This document shows, in pieces, positions 12,174-22,766 of a stretch of DNA of 64,000 nt. Made by a program: the position numbers and the translations under genes. This DNA comes from Methanothermococcus sp. Ax23. GTDB lineage: Archaea; AGJL01; Methanococci; Methanococcales; Methanococcaceae. How positions within the stretch are numbered: position 1 is the first letter of the stretch; every line of letters starts with the position of its first letter. The stretch is from contig NZ_CP157522.1 in assembly GCF_049075655.1 (NCBI RefSeq), forward strand, positions 896,001 through 960,000, read 5' to 3'. The notes under the pieces were generated by a model that had not been told where the DNA came from, ran no database searches, and saw only the letters and a list, made by a program, of their open reading frames with translations.

Positions 12174-14000
12174 ATGGACATGCTTGATATAGCCATAAAT
12201 GTGGCGGAGAATATTGAAAAAGGGGTGAAACCTCTAATTGGATGGGAAAAATCCGACGAAATTGTAAAAATTGGGGCAGATGGAACACCAACTAAAAGAA
12301 TAGATATGATAGCAGAAAACATAGCCATAAATTCCATTGAAAAATATTGCAGTGCTATATTGATAAGTGAAGAAATAGGTTTTAAAAAGATAGGCAATGG
12401 GATTCCCGAATATGTCATTGTTTTAGACCCTATTGATGGAACATATAATGCTCTAAATGATATTCCGATATATTCGGTTTCAATAGCCATGGGGAGTTTA
12501 AAATCTAAATTGGGAAATCAGAAAAAGCCCATAGATGATGATTCTTATGAGGACATAATTAATAATATGACCATTAATGATTTGGAGGTTGGGGTGGTAA
12601 AGAATATAGCAACAGGGGATATTTATTGTGCAAAAACTAATGAAGGGGCATATATAATGGAAAACCCTCACCGAGAAAAAAGAAAAATAATGGTATCAAA
12701 TACAAAAAATTTGAAAGATGCTTCTGTTGGGGTTTTTGCATATGGCTTAACAACCAATACTCTGGATTTTATAAAAGATAGAATGGTAAAAAGAATAAGG
12801 ATTTTCGGTTCCGCAGCATTGGAAATGTGCTATGTTGCTAGGGGAGCTCTGGATGCATTCATAAATGTAAATAAAACTACAAGATTGTGTGATATTGCAG
12901 GAGGTTATGTGGTGCTTAGAGAATCTGGGGGAATAATTACAGATAATGATGGAAAACCAATAAATATGGGTTTAAATGTCTATGAAAAAACATCCCTAAT
13001 TTGTTCAAATAATGCACTCCATAAAAAATTTGTTGGAATATTTGGGAATAAGTGGATGTTGAAACCGACAAAATTCGGCATTATTTCAAGGATTGACAGG
13101 GAGGATGCTATCAACCTAGTTCTTGAAGTAATTAATTATTTGGATTCAAAAAATATAAAATATGCATTAGAACCTGAAATCTGTAAGATTATTAATAATT
13201 GTAAGAATTTTAATGATAAATGTGTCAAATGTGAATCTATGGATGACTTAAATGATATATCGCATATTATATCAATTGGTGGCGATGGGACGGTATTAAG
13301 AGCTTCGAGAATCATAAATGGGAATGAGATACCGATAATTCCCATAAATATGGGCACAGTTGGTTTTTTAACGGAGTTTAATAAAAACAGAGTATTTGAG
13401 GCCATAGATAAGGTTATAAATGGAAACTATGAAATTGAAAGAAGGACAAAGTGTGCAGGATTAATTAAACATGGGGGTTATTCCGTAAATGCAGATGCAG
13501 ATTCGTCCAATTATGCTAATCCCCAAAATTCCCAAAAAATACTTCCAGACGCTTTAAACGAGGTAGTTGTAGTCACAAAAAGTCCTGCAAAGATGCTTCA
13601 CTTTGAAGTATATGTGAATGGAAACTTTGTAGAGGATGTTAGGGCAGACGGTCTTATTATATCAACTCCAACCGGTTCAACAGCATACTCATTAAGTGCA
13701 GGAGGCCCGATTTTAGAGCCTGCGGTGGATGCCTTTGTAATTGTTCCAATATGCCCATTTAAATTGTTTTCCCGTCCAATAGTTGTTGATGGAAACTCTG
13801 AAATTAAAATAAAAGTATTAAAAAAATCAACCTTGGTTGTTGTGGATGGAAATATTGAAGGTGAGGCTAAAAAAGGCGATGAAATAATTTTAAGAAAATC
13901 TAATTCTTATTCATACTTTGTTAAAGGATATAACTTCTACAATAAATTGAGAAAATTAAGCGTTGTTGGCGAGGGTAATAAAAAAGGCGATAGCGATTAA
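12174..14000 (+). CDS. ppnK: Bifunctional NADP phosphatase / NAD kinase
   Basis: N-terminal inositol-monophosphatase domain (DPIDGT); C-terminal GGDGT, LNE and TPTGSTAY NAD kinase motifs. Confidence 0.93.
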   Translation: MDMLDIAINVAENIEKGVKPLIGWEKSDEIVKIGADGTPTKRIDMIAENIAINSIEKYCSAILISEEIGFKKIGNGIPEYVIVLDPIDGTYNALNDIPIYSVSIAMGSLKSKLGNQKKPIDDDSYEDIINNMTINDLEVGVVKNIATGDIYCAKTNEGAYIMENPHREKRKIMVSNTKNLKDASVGVFAYGLTTNTLDFIKDRMVKRIRIFGSAALEMCYVARGALDAFINVNKTTRLCDIAGGYVVLRESGGIITDNDGKPINMGLNVYEKTSLICSNNALHKKFVGIFGNKWMLKPTKFGIISRIDREDAINLVLEVINYLDSKNIKYALEPEICKIINNCKNFNDKCVKCESMDDLNDISHIISIGGDGTVLRASRIINGNEIPIIPINMGTVGFLTEFNKNRVFEAIDKVINGNYEIERRTKCAGLIKHGGYSVNADADSSNYANPQNSQKILPDALNEVVVVTKSPAKMLHFEVYVNGNFVEDVRADGLIISTPTGSTAYSLSAGGPILEPAVDAFVIVPICPFKLFSRPIVVDGNSEIKIKVLKKSTLVVVDGNIEGEAKKGDEIILRKSNSYSYFVKGYNFYNKLRKLSVVGEGNKKGDSD

Positions 14001-14010
14001 GATTGGAATA

Positions 14011-14210
14011 AATGCCTATAATATAAAAAACTGACCTACTCCCACGACTAAAGTCGTGGGGTTCTTTAGTAGGGTTTAACCCTACACGGGTGGCCAAGCC
14101 CACTACCCCTATCCCCGTTTAGGAGATTCAGGGCTACCTTTTGAACATCCAACCACTACCAGCGGTAGAGTTTTCACTAACCCTACCCATAGATACTTGT
14201 ACTGGTAGCG
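14011..14210 (-). ncRNA. Predicted omegaRNA (TnpB guide scaffold plus flank-derived guide) of mini-element 1
   Basis: TATA at 14233-14240 (minus); scaffold similar to 3' end of tnpB locus at 50082-50185; boundaries approximate. Confidence 0.55.
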
Positions 14211-14354
14211 TTACTTACTATTAATCGTCTCATATTTATATTTTACTACTTACTAGCCGATATAATGTCCGCCTCTCATCCAATCTCGTAAGAGATTTTA
14301 CAAAACTATGTTTTGTATAACGATTAAAATCGTTGGCTTTCTCGGCGGTTTATC
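14031..14354 (-). mobile_element. Non-autonomous IS200/IS605-type mini-element (no ORF) with omegaRNA-like scaffold, copy 1
   Basis: Close homolog at 52051-52335; right-end hairpin CCCACGACT-AA-AGTCGTGGG ending TCAG; left end preceded by TTAC with AAAG guide; 37-bp insertion in left-end hairpin. Confidence 0.85.
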
Positions 14355-14369
14355 GTAAATATATTGATA

Positions 14370-14458
14370 TCGCTTGCGGTAGCAAGCGACCTAAAACCTA
14401 CGGTTTTAAGTTTTCCCCACTTTCGTTCGGAAAAGCAACGAAATGCGAAGCATTTCGT
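14370..14458. repeat. Cluster of four short palindromic hairpins
   Basis: TCGCTTGC-GGTA-GCAAGCGA, TAAAACC-TAC-GGTTTTA, TTTTCC..GGAAAA, ACGAAATGC-GAA-GCATTTCGT. Confidence 0.8.
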
Positions 14459-14462
14459 CTAA

Positions 14463-15053
14463 TTAATCTTTCAATTCATCAACATTTACAAGAGGAATCA
14501 ATTCAACATCCATATTTTTTAAATTTTCCTTTGCACCTTCCATTCTATCTACTATTACAAATACCTTTTCGACAACTCCTCCGTTTTTTCTAATTTCATC
14601 TACGGCTTTTGCAACACTTCCACCTGTGGTTGTAACGTCTTCCACAACAATTACTTTATCGTTTTCATTCAATGTTCCTTCAATTTTGTTTTTAGTTCCG
14701 TAATCTTTTGCCTTTTTTCTTATAATAATTAAATCTTTTTCTGTTTCAATAGATACTGCTGTGGCTATTGGAACTGAGCCTAATTCAACGCCTGCAATTT
14801 TTAAGTTTTCGTTTAATTCATCGTTTAAATAGGATTTTATCAATTGTGCAGCAGTTTTTAAAACCCTTGGGTTTGTAGTGGCTTTTTTAATATCCACATA
14901 ATAATTGCTTTTTTTTCCAGAAGCCAGAATGAATTCGCCAAATTTTACACATTGGACTTCTTTTAAAAGGGATATTAATTTGTTTTTTAATTGGAGCGAT
15001 AGTGTAGGGTCAGATTTCGTAGGGGTCTCATTCAATTGGTTTTTGCTGTTCAA
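14463..15053 (-). CDS. pyrE: Orotate phosphoribosyltransferase
   Basis: FILASGKKSNYYVD, RKKAKDYG, VVEDVTTTGGS. Confidence 0.95.
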   Translation of the reverse strand: MNSKNQLNETPTKSDPTLSLQLKNKLISLLKEVQCVKFGEFILASGKKSNYYVDIKKATTNPRVLKTAAQLIKSYLNDELNENLKIAGVELGSVPIATAVSIETEKDLIIIRKKAKDYGTKNKIEGTLNENDKVIVVEDVTTTGGSVAKAVDEIRKNGGVVEKVFVIVDRMEGAKENLKNMDVELIPLVNVDELKD

Positions 15054-15157
15054 TATATCACCACAATCTTGTAAAGTATTTATATAATCATAAGAAATAT
15101 TTTACAAATATATGGTGAAGTATATTCTTAAAATATTATAAATATTTGGGTGATTGA

Positions 15158-16474
15158 ATGAAGATGAAATTCTTGATATTGATAGGTTTTTGTATGGCAA
15201 TATTTTCGAGCTCCGCCATGGGTTTAGACAATAATCCATTAGTCGTAGTGAATAAAGACAGTCCCGATGCACCATATGCTAAACTGATTATGGATGAGCT
15301 CTATCTCCATAAAAAAATTCAAGTTGTTGATGATAAAATAACAATTAATGAGAACATACATTACAACATCCCTGCAAATAATAGCTTTGAAATTGAAAAT
15401 AGTGGGGAGAGGTTGTATGTAGAATTTAAAAGAGATAAGGATACCATTAATGGTATTAAATACCATAAGGTTGAATATATTGAAAAATTAGATGGTAATG
15501 ATGAAATACTTTTTTTAGGTAAATCTTATAAGATACTCAAACATACAAATGATGAAATAGTCCTTACTGATGAAGTTAAAAACATATCTACAAATAATTC
15601 ATTTGAATACAAGAACTATAAGGTTATTTTAAAGGCAGTATCTTTTGATGGCAGTGAATTATTATTGGATATTTTAAAGGACGGCAATCCATTGGAAAAT
15701 AATGTAAAAATAAATAAAGGGGAGTTAGTGGATATTGCGAATTCAGACATATCAATATATTATGAAAATTTGAGCGAGCATGGAAAGGGCCACATTTTTT
15801 CGTTCAAAATATATAATACGGTTAAATTGATAGATAATGAAGATTTTAAATTGAATAATAGTTTTGAAGTTAATATTGACAGTAATGGAATAATTTTGAA
15901 TTATAAAAATCCGGAAAATCTTCAAAAGGCCTTTAATATATTTAATTACAGTATAAAATTAGTAAATACTACTGATGGATTAACTTACTTCGATGTATTT
16001 TATAAGAATAATTACGAAATAAATAAAGAAGATATTGATGAAACAAAATATCTTGGAGATAATATATTTGCGGTTAGAAAAGGCGATAAACTGTATTTGT
16101 ATAAAGATGGAAGGGAATACACTAATATAACAGATTATTTTGTTCCAGACGTTGTTTTAGATAGCAATATCTTGAATACAGACAGCGATTTGATACTAAT
16201 TGGGGGTCCGGTATCCAACAACATAACAAAAAAGATAGAAAATAATCTAGAAATACCTATAACCAACGAAAATCCTGGAAAAAATAGGGGAGTTATTCAG
16301 ATTATAAAAAACCCATACAATCCAGATTATAAGATAATGGTTATTGCAGGTTCCGATAGAAACGGAACAAAAGCCTGTGTTTTAGCATTATTAAATGGCA
16401 TGTATAAAAATGAAGAAACCATGATTGTTGAATTGGAGAATAATGAGAATGTTAAAGTTATAAAAAAGTTATAA
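15158..16474 (+). CDS. Secreted S-layer-like protein
   Basis: Signal peptide; C-terminal LILIGGPVSN and IAGSDRNGT S-layer_C-like motifs. Confidence 0.75.
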   Translation: MKMKFLILIGFCMAIFSSSAMGLDNNPLVVVNKDSPDAPYAKLIMDELYLHKKIQVVDDKITINENIHYNIPANNSFEIENSGERLYVEFKRDKDTINGIKYHKVEYIEKLDGNDEILFLGKSYKILKHTNDEIVLTDEVKNISTNNSFEYKNYKVILKAVSFDGSELLLDILKDGNPLENNVKINKGELVDIANSDISIYYENLSEHGKGHIFSFKIYNTVKLIDNEDFKLNNSFEVNIDSNGIILNYKNPENLQKAFNIFNYSIKLVNTTDGLTYFDVFYKNNYEINKEDIDETKYLGDNIFAVRKGDKLYLYKDGREYTNITDYFVPDVVLDSNILNTDSDLILIGGPVSNNITKKIENNLEIPITNENPGKNRGVIQIIKNPYNPDYKIMVIAGSDRNGTKACVLALLNGMYKNEETMIVELENNENVKVIKKL

Positions 16475-16509
16475 AATAAGATATAATAAAAAATACAAAA
16501 AACGTTAAT

Positions 16510-17163
16510 TTATAAATCAATCGGAGCTCCGATTTCAGGAGTAATTACTTCAACACCAATATCTTTTACTTTTTTTACTAAATCTGAGATATCTTGCTCA
16601 ATTGCCGGGAATGTATTGTAGTGCATAGGAATAAATATTTTTGGCTTTAAATATTCAATTGCTTTTAATGCTTCTTCTGGCCCCATGGTGTATCTTCCAC
16701 CCACTGGAAGTAATGCGATATCTGGACTGTATAGTTCAGCTATAAGTTTCATATCACCAAATAATCCCGTATCTCCTGCATGATATACTCTGTCATTTAT
16801 AATATATCCTGATGCTATTCCACCAGGGGTATTTACATCGATATCTGAGGAATGTTCTGCCTTAACCATTGTTAATTTTGAGTTGTTTAGGGCAATAGTT
16901 CCCCCAATGTTCATACCTTCTGCATTTACTCCTTTATTAGATAGATATACAGATATTTCATGATTTGAAACTACCGGAATATTATATTTTTTTGAGAGCT
17001 CCGCCGCATTTCCCAAGTGGTCAGCATGTCCATGGGTTACTGCTATAACTTCCACATTCTTCATAATCTCATCATAAGGGAGATTACATAATGGATTTGG
17101 AACAAACGGGTCTATTAAAACATTATCAACCTTAAAGCAGGAATGCCCATACCAGACTATCAT
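16510..17163 (-). CDS. UPF0173 metal-dependent hydrolase (MBL fold)
   Basis: WYGHS, THGHADH, YHAGDT, PMHYNTF. Confidence 0.9.
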   Translation of the reverse strand: MIVWYGHSCFKVDNVLIDPFVPNPLCNLPYDEIMKNVEVIAVTHGHADHLGNAAELSKKYNIPVVSNHEISVYLSNKGVNAEGMNIGGTIALNNSKLTMVKAEHSSDIDVNTPGGIASGYIINDRVYHAGDTGLFGDMKLIAELYSPDIALLPVGGRYTMGPEEALKAIEYLKPKIFIPMHYNTFPAIEQDISDLVKKVKDIGVEVITPEIGAPIDL

Positions 17164-17207
17164 AATATCACCAAAATAGGTCTTATCATTTTATCAATGT
17201 TATTAAT

Positions 17208-17420
17208 GATATTTAACATTAAGTATTGTGAACTACCCCTCCTTACGAGAGGGGCTTCCTGCATCATCCATCTCCCAACGGAGCATGTCAGATCTCAAAA
17301 TTTCCTTACGGAAATTTATACGATTTAACAAATCAAAGATTTGTTAAACAGGCTCACCCCCGTGTTCCACAGGTGCATAATAGTATTACAACCCAATCAG
17401 ATTCTGTTTATTTAAAGCAA
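17208..17420 (-). ncRNA. Predicted omegaRNA of first tnpB element (interrupted by hairpin insertion)
   Basis: Structured GC-rich sequence from tnpB 3' end to right end; boundaries approximate. Confidence 0.5.
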
Positions 17421-18660
17421 ACTTTTTAATATTAACCGCCGCATTAACATCCCTATCATGCTCAGTATTGCAGACAGGACACTTCCAAACTCTATTCTTT
17501 AAGTCCAAATTACCATTATAATACCCACAAACAGAGCATATTTTACTGGAAGGTTCAAACCTACCTATTTTTATTATGGTCTTTCCAAACTTCTCAGCTT
17601 TATACATTAGTTTAGATACAAAAGAAGACCATGCTACATCAAGAATTGATTGGGCTAAATTGTGATTCTTAACCATTCCTTTAACATTCAAATCTTCCAA
17701 CGCTATGGCTTGGTTTTCCGTGCAAATCAAAGATTTGCAGGACACAAAAATCTTCGATTTTTGCTGTCGCCAATTAATTTAAAAGAGAGTTTGTGTTGGA
17801 AGTCGTTCCTTTGATTAACAATTTTTTCATGAAGTTTAGCAAGTTTTAGTCTTGCTTTCTCTCGGTTTTTAGAACCTTTTTGTTTTCTTGAAAGTCTTTT
17901 TTGTAATACTTTTAACCTCTGCAAACTCTTTTTGAGATGCTTTGGATTATCTATTTTCTCACCGTTTGATAATATGCAAAAGTGAGTAATACCTAAATCG
18001 ATACCTATTGTGGTTTTTTCATCAAATGGTTGCTTGTTTGGAATTGGTTTTCCATCCTCTACCATAATACTTATGAAGTATTTACCTGTTGGAGTTTTTG
18101 AGATAGTTACTGTTCTCATTTCTCCTTCGAATTTCCTGTGGAGTTTAGCTTTAACCCATCCTATTTTGGGTAGAAATACTTTGTTATTCTCCCAGTCCAC
18201 TTTATAATGTTGCGGAATTTGGAAGGATTGTCTTGGATGTTTTTTAGTTTTGAACTTTGGGAACGATGCTTTTTTTCTGAAAAAGTTGGTAAATGCCCTC
18301 TCCAAGTTCAGAGTTGCCCCCTGTAATGATTGGGAGTTTATTTCTTTTAACCATGGGAATTCTTTTTTTAGTGTTTTGATTGTTTTATTTAATTGGAATC
18401 GTGATATTGCCTTTCCTGTTTGTTCATAAGTTTGGATTTTGAGGTTTAATGCCCAGTTATAGATGAATCTACATGCTCCAATGTGCTTGTGGATTAGTGT
18501 TCTTTGTCCTTTATTGGGGTATAATCTGAACTTGTAAGCTGTTAGCATTTTACCACGATATATTATTTATGCTAAGTTATTTTTATGCCATAGTATTTAT
18601 ATTTTTTTGGTCGGCTATCATCTCCACCCTAACGGATGGAGTCTTCTCGCCGACATTTAG
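17228..18660 (-). mobile_element. IS200/IS605 family element (IS1341-type, tnpB only)
   Basis: Left end after TTAT with AAGA guide and hairpin CTCCATCC-GTTA-GGGTGGAG; right end GAAG-CCCCTC..GAGGGG ending TCAC. Confidence 0.88.
17386..18548 (-). pseudogene. tnpB: TnpB RNA-guided endonuclease, frameshifted by a 50-bp insertion
   Basis: YKFRLYP, GIDLG, LEDL, zinc finger, DRDVNAA; split into ORFs 17727-18548 and 17386-17745; removing 17718-17767 restores KLIGENQA. Confidence 0.9.
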
Positions 18661-18728
18661 ATAAAAAATTTAGGACTAATGTGCAAAAAGAGAAACATAT
18701 AATTCCATTTTAAAATGTTAAAACATAA

Positions 18729-18802
18729 CGCCCCTGCCGGGATTTGAACCCGGGTCCGCGAATCCGCAGTTCGCGAGCATATCCTAGCTAACCCACAGGG
18801 GC
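18729..18802 (-). tRNA. tRNA-Arg(GCG)
   Basis: Cloverleaf; anticodon arm GCGAA-CTGCGGA-TTCGC; GGTTCAAATCC. Confidence 0.92.
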
Positions 18803-18838
18803 ATAAAATATATAAAATTATAAAAAAATTAAAAATAA

Positions 18839-19549
18839 TTATTTTTTGCATAATTCAACAAGTTCTTTTACGAGCTCGCTTTTTATAGTACCGTTGTTCC
18901 TATCTCCTTTTGTGCATGCTGCCCCCCTAACTCCCACAATATCACAGTTTATATCTTTTAATATCGGTATTTCTTCTTTTTTTATGGAGCCCGCCAATGC
19001 ACATTTTAGATTGTAAGAGTGAGATTCTTCAACAAATTCAGCCAGTAGTTTTTCATTCAAATGGTCAAATAATGTTTTACCATCTTTAACCGCAGTATCT
19101 AACATTGCAACATCACAGCCTGCATCCCTTGCAATTTTAGGGATTATGAGAGGTTCAACTGCTCCAACTCTATAAGCATCGGCGTATCCCGCAGCTACAA
19201 CAATTTTATTTTCATCTATGCCTTTAACTGCCTTAACAACTTTTTCCATTAAATCCACAGCTTCACTGTATGACTTTGTTCCATATAGTCCTACTTTTAT
19301 ATAATCTGCACCACTCATGGCAGCTCCAAGTGCAGCAAGTGCAACAGTTCCCGGCTTGTATGGAACATCTCCGATAGCTGCACTAACAAGTAAGTTTTTT
19401 GGAGTAATTTCTCTTGTTTCTTTTATTACCCACGGAAAGTTTGCACCTAATGAACCTTCTGGTGGATTTTTGACATCAATTATATCTGCTCCACCATTGA
19501 TTGCTTCAACAGCTTCGTTAATATCTTTTGGACTAACAAGCAAAATCAT
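18839..19549 (-). CDS. mfnB: (5-formylfuran-3-yl)methyl phosphate synthase (methanofuran biosynthesis)
   Basis: [32 protein letters not shown]. Confidence 0.93.
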   Translation of the reverse strand: MILLVSPKDINEAVEAINGGADIIDVKNPPEGSLGANFPWVIKETREITPKNLLVSAAIGDVPYKPGTVALAALGAAMSGADYIKVGLYGTKSYSEAVDLMEKVVKAVKGIDENKIVVAAGYADAYRVGAVEPLIIPKIARDAGCDVAMLDTAVKDGKTLFDHLNEKLLAEFVEESHSYNLKCALAGSIKKEEIPILKDINCDIVGVRGAACTKGDRNNGTIKSELVKELVELCKK

Positions 19550-20139
19550 GAACTCACCATTCTATATTCTATTTGGTTAATTTTAATATTAATATTAAAT
19601 ATTTATTATTTATCATGCTCATAAAAATTATCAATATGGATTATAATTTCAAAGGGTTTTAGTGTATAAATATTTAACGATTTATGATTCACCGGTGATG
19701 AAGAATAAATATATATTTTGAAAAAACCACTAATGTTATATATAAAAAATAAGTATATGTCGATAAGATTTATAAAGTTAAAAGATTATATAGTTGTGTT
19801 TTAGAATATAATTCAAGATGGTATATAAATAAGTCAGCCTTATGGTGAAATATATTATAATAATACAGAAACATTTATTAATTATTTTGAAATGTTAATT
19901 TGTATTTAAACAATAATGCAGTCCATTGGAAATTTAACCTCCATGCTCCATAAATTAATATGCCGTAGGCAATATGTTTAAAGAGTAGTTATTACTTTTA
20001 CTGTATGTTGCACCAATTGTCTGATTGAGTATAAACACGAGAAATAATCTTTCGTTTGTTATGTTGCATATAAAACACATGGTCTTTTTATTTAATCATG
20101 TCATTTAGAAAAACAAAGAAGAAAAATAAGGTGTTTTAA

Positions 20140-21396
20140 ATGGGATTAGCCACTACAATTGGATATATTTCATTATTGCTAATATCCGGTTCAATAATTG
20201 CAAAAATAGGGGAAAAATTAAATATTCCTGATATTCCCTTACTTTTGATATATGGTTTAATTGTAGGTCCTTTTTTGGGGATTATCTCCACAAGTTATGC
20301 TCAGGATATTTTTGGATATGTTGCCAATATAGGATTAATAATTATTTTATTGGGTGGAGCATTTGAAATGAGATGGATTGTATTAAAAAGAGTTTTAAAA
20401 ACTGTTTTAAAATTGGATACTATTGCATTGATTGGTGTATTGGGAATTTCTGGACTCATTTACAATATGATATTTAAAATTCCATATTTCAACCCAATAG
20501 GGTATTTATATGGTGCCATAACATGTGCTACTGACCCTGCAACATTGATGCCAATATTTTCTAAATCAAACATTAATCCAGAGTTGGCAATAACTCTTGA
20601 AGCTGAGAGTGTATTTAATGACCCACTTGGTATTGTGGCTACAACCATAATTTTAGCCATGATGGGTTTGGCTGAAACAGTCAATCCAATACTTAATTTT
20701 TTAAGTCTTGCAGTTGGTGGAATAATCCTTGGACTTATTGGTGGAAAAATATTTGAAAAAGCCATTTTAAGCTGTGATTTTAAAGAATATGTGGCACCTC
20801 TCAGTATTGGTATGGCTATGGCACTGTGGTATTTTGGAGACGAGATATTTCCACACTTTACTGGCTACGAAATAAGTGGATTCATGGCAGTAGCGATAAT
20901 GGGACTTTATCTTGGAAACACTCTCACAAAATACCCTAAAAAATCTAAAAATGTGGAAAACATAGTAGGATTTTGTGAGGATTTATCTACTGTGACAAGA
21001 ATATTAATTTTTGTATTTTTAGGGGCAAGTATTAGTTTTTCTATTCTTACAAATTACTGGTTCGTCGGACTGATGTGTGCAATAGGTTCAATATTTGTTG
21101 CGAGACCAATAGGCGTATTTATTGCAACTTCGCTACCTCCTGCCAGTCCATTAAAGGAGAGATTGTATTTTGCATTGGAGGGTCCCAGAGGAGTGGTTCC
21201 AGCTGCATTATCTGCAACAGTATATGCTGCAATAATGGAAAACCCGCATCTAATTCCACAGGAAATCGTGAAATATATGCCGGCACAGGAGATTGCAGGT
21301 TCCATACTTGTGGCAACATTCATGACAATATTATTGAGCGTTGTTACGGAGGCTTCATGGGCAGATATATTGGCTAAAAAACTTTTCAAAGAATAA
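20140..21396 (+). CDS. CPA1 Na+/H+ antiporter (NhaP1-like)
   Basis: ATDPAT, EAESVFND, GPRGVVPAAL; multi-TM. Confidence 0.9.
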   Translation: MGLATTIGYISLLLISGSIIAKIGEKLNIPDIPLLLIYGLIVGPFLGIISTSYAQDIFGYVANIGLIIILLGGAFEMRWIVLKRVLKTVLKLDTIALIGVLGISGLIYNMIFKIPYFNPIGYLYGAITCATDPATLMPIFSKSNINPELAITLEAESVFNDPLGIVATTIILAMMGLAETVNPILNFLSLAVGGIILGLIGGKIFEKAILSCDFKEYVAPLSIGMAMALWYFGDEIFPHFTGYEISGFMAVAIMGLYLGNTLTKYPKKSKNVENIVGFCEDLSTVTRILIFVFLGASISFSILTNYWFVGLMCAIGSIFVARPIGVFIATSLPPASPLKERLYFALEGPRGVVPAALSATVYAAIMENPHLIPQEIVKYMPAQEIAGSILVATFMTILLSVVTEASWADILAKKLFKE

Positions 21397-21439
21397 TTTT
21401 ACATATTTTTTTCGTTTTAATTAATATATTGGTGATTGG

Positions 21440-22744
21440 ATGAAACAATTGGATACTATCGGCACTAAACAGAAAAAAATCAATAAAATTTGTGTGATTG
21501 GATTGGGATATATCGGACTACCGACAGCTTCAATGCTTGCAAATCATGGTTATAGTGTTGTAGGAGTGGATATTGATAAAAAAAGAGTGGAAGCTATAAA
21601 AAATGAAGAATTAATAATTGACGAGCAGGGTTTGATGACACTTGTGAAGGGCGCCATAAATTCCGGGAATTTAAAAGTTAAGGTAGAACCCGAAGAAGCA
21701 GATGCATTTATAATCTGCGTTCCAACGCCTCTAAAAAAAGAGGGTGGAGCTCCAAAATGTGATTTAACCTATGTTTTAAGTGCTGTTGAGAACATAAAAC
21801 CCCATTTAAAAGATGGAAATCTTGTATTAATAGAGAGCACAATCCCACCAAAAACAACTGAAATGATTTATAATTTAATTGATAAAGATATATATATGGC
21901 ATACTGTCCAGAAAGGGTGTTACCTGGGAAGATATTAAAGGAACTCGTGGAAAATGATAGAATAATAGGTGGCATAAATGAGGAATCCGCGGAGCTCGCA
22001 AAGGAAATATACGAATCTTTTGTAGATGGGAATATATACTTAACAAATTCAACCACCGCAGAAATGGTAAAATTAATGGAAAACACATATAGGGATGTAA
22101 ATATAGCACTTGCAAACGAATTTGCGAAGGTATGTAATGAAATGGATGTTAATGTTTGGGATGCCATAAATCTTGCAAATAAGCACCCGAGAGTAAATAT
22201 ATTGAATCCTGGACCTGGGGTCGGAGGACACTGTATAAGTATAGACCCATGGTTTATAGTGGAAAAATCTAAAAATGCTGACCTTATAAAAAGGGCAAGG
22301 GAATTAAACGATAATATGCCAAAATATGTTTGCAATTTAATCGTGGAAGAATTTAAAAAATTAAATATTGATAATCCAAAAGTTAGTATATTTGGAGTAA
22401 CCTATAAGGGAAATGTGGATGATACAAGAGAAAGCCCTGCAAAAAAGGTAATAGAATGTCTTTTATCAAATAATTTTGAAGTTTCAATATATGACCCCCA
22501 TGCTAAGATTTTTGAATATCCTTTGAATAAATTGGAGGATTGCATCAGTAATTCAGACTGCATTATAGTATTAACAGACCATGATGAGTTTAAGAATTTT
22601 GAAAAGGACGATATATCTGAAATATCCAAATTAATGAGAAACAAAATTGTAATAGATACTAGAAATGTTTTAAATCATAATATTTGGAAAGAGTCAGGAT
22701 TTGAGGTTAAGTTGTTGGGTGATGGAACAACATGGAGTGTTTAA
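21440..22744 (+). CDS. wecC: UDP-N-acetyl-D-mannosamine dehydrogenase
   Basis: [28 protein letters not shown]. Confidence 0.9.
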   Translation: MKQLDTIGTKQKKINKICVIGLGYIGLPTASMLANHGYSVVGVDIDKKRVEAIKNEELIIDEQGLMTLVKGAINSGNLKVKVEPEEADAFIICVPTPLKKEGGAPKCDLTYVLSAVENIKPHLKDGNLVLIESTIPPKTTEMIYNLIDKDIYMAYCPERVLPGKILKELVENDRIIGGINEESAELAKEIYESFVDGNIYLTNSTTAEMVKLMENTYRDVNIALANEFAKVCNEMDVNVWDAINLANKHPRVNILNPGPGVGGHCISIDPWFIVEKSKNADLIKRARELNDNMPKYVCNLIVEEFKKLNIDNPKVSIFGVTYKGNVDDTRESPAKKVIECLLSNNFEVSIYDPHAKIFEYPLNKLEDCISNSDCIIVLTDHDEFKNFEKDDISEISKLMRNKIVIDTRNVLNHNIWKESGFEVKLLGDGTTWSV

Positions 22745-22766
22745 ATAATTAATTTTGGGTGCTTAT

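Noticed and set aside
13921-14103. 60-aa ORF in the mini-element right end
   Set aside because: No RBS, overlaps the ppnK end, no protein motif
14031-14458. CRISPR array interpretation of the hairpin repeats
   Set aside because: No identical direct repeats with regular spacers and no cas genes
14333-14593. 86-aa ORF over the hairpin cluster
   Set aside because: Antisense to pyrE and made of palindromic repeat DNA
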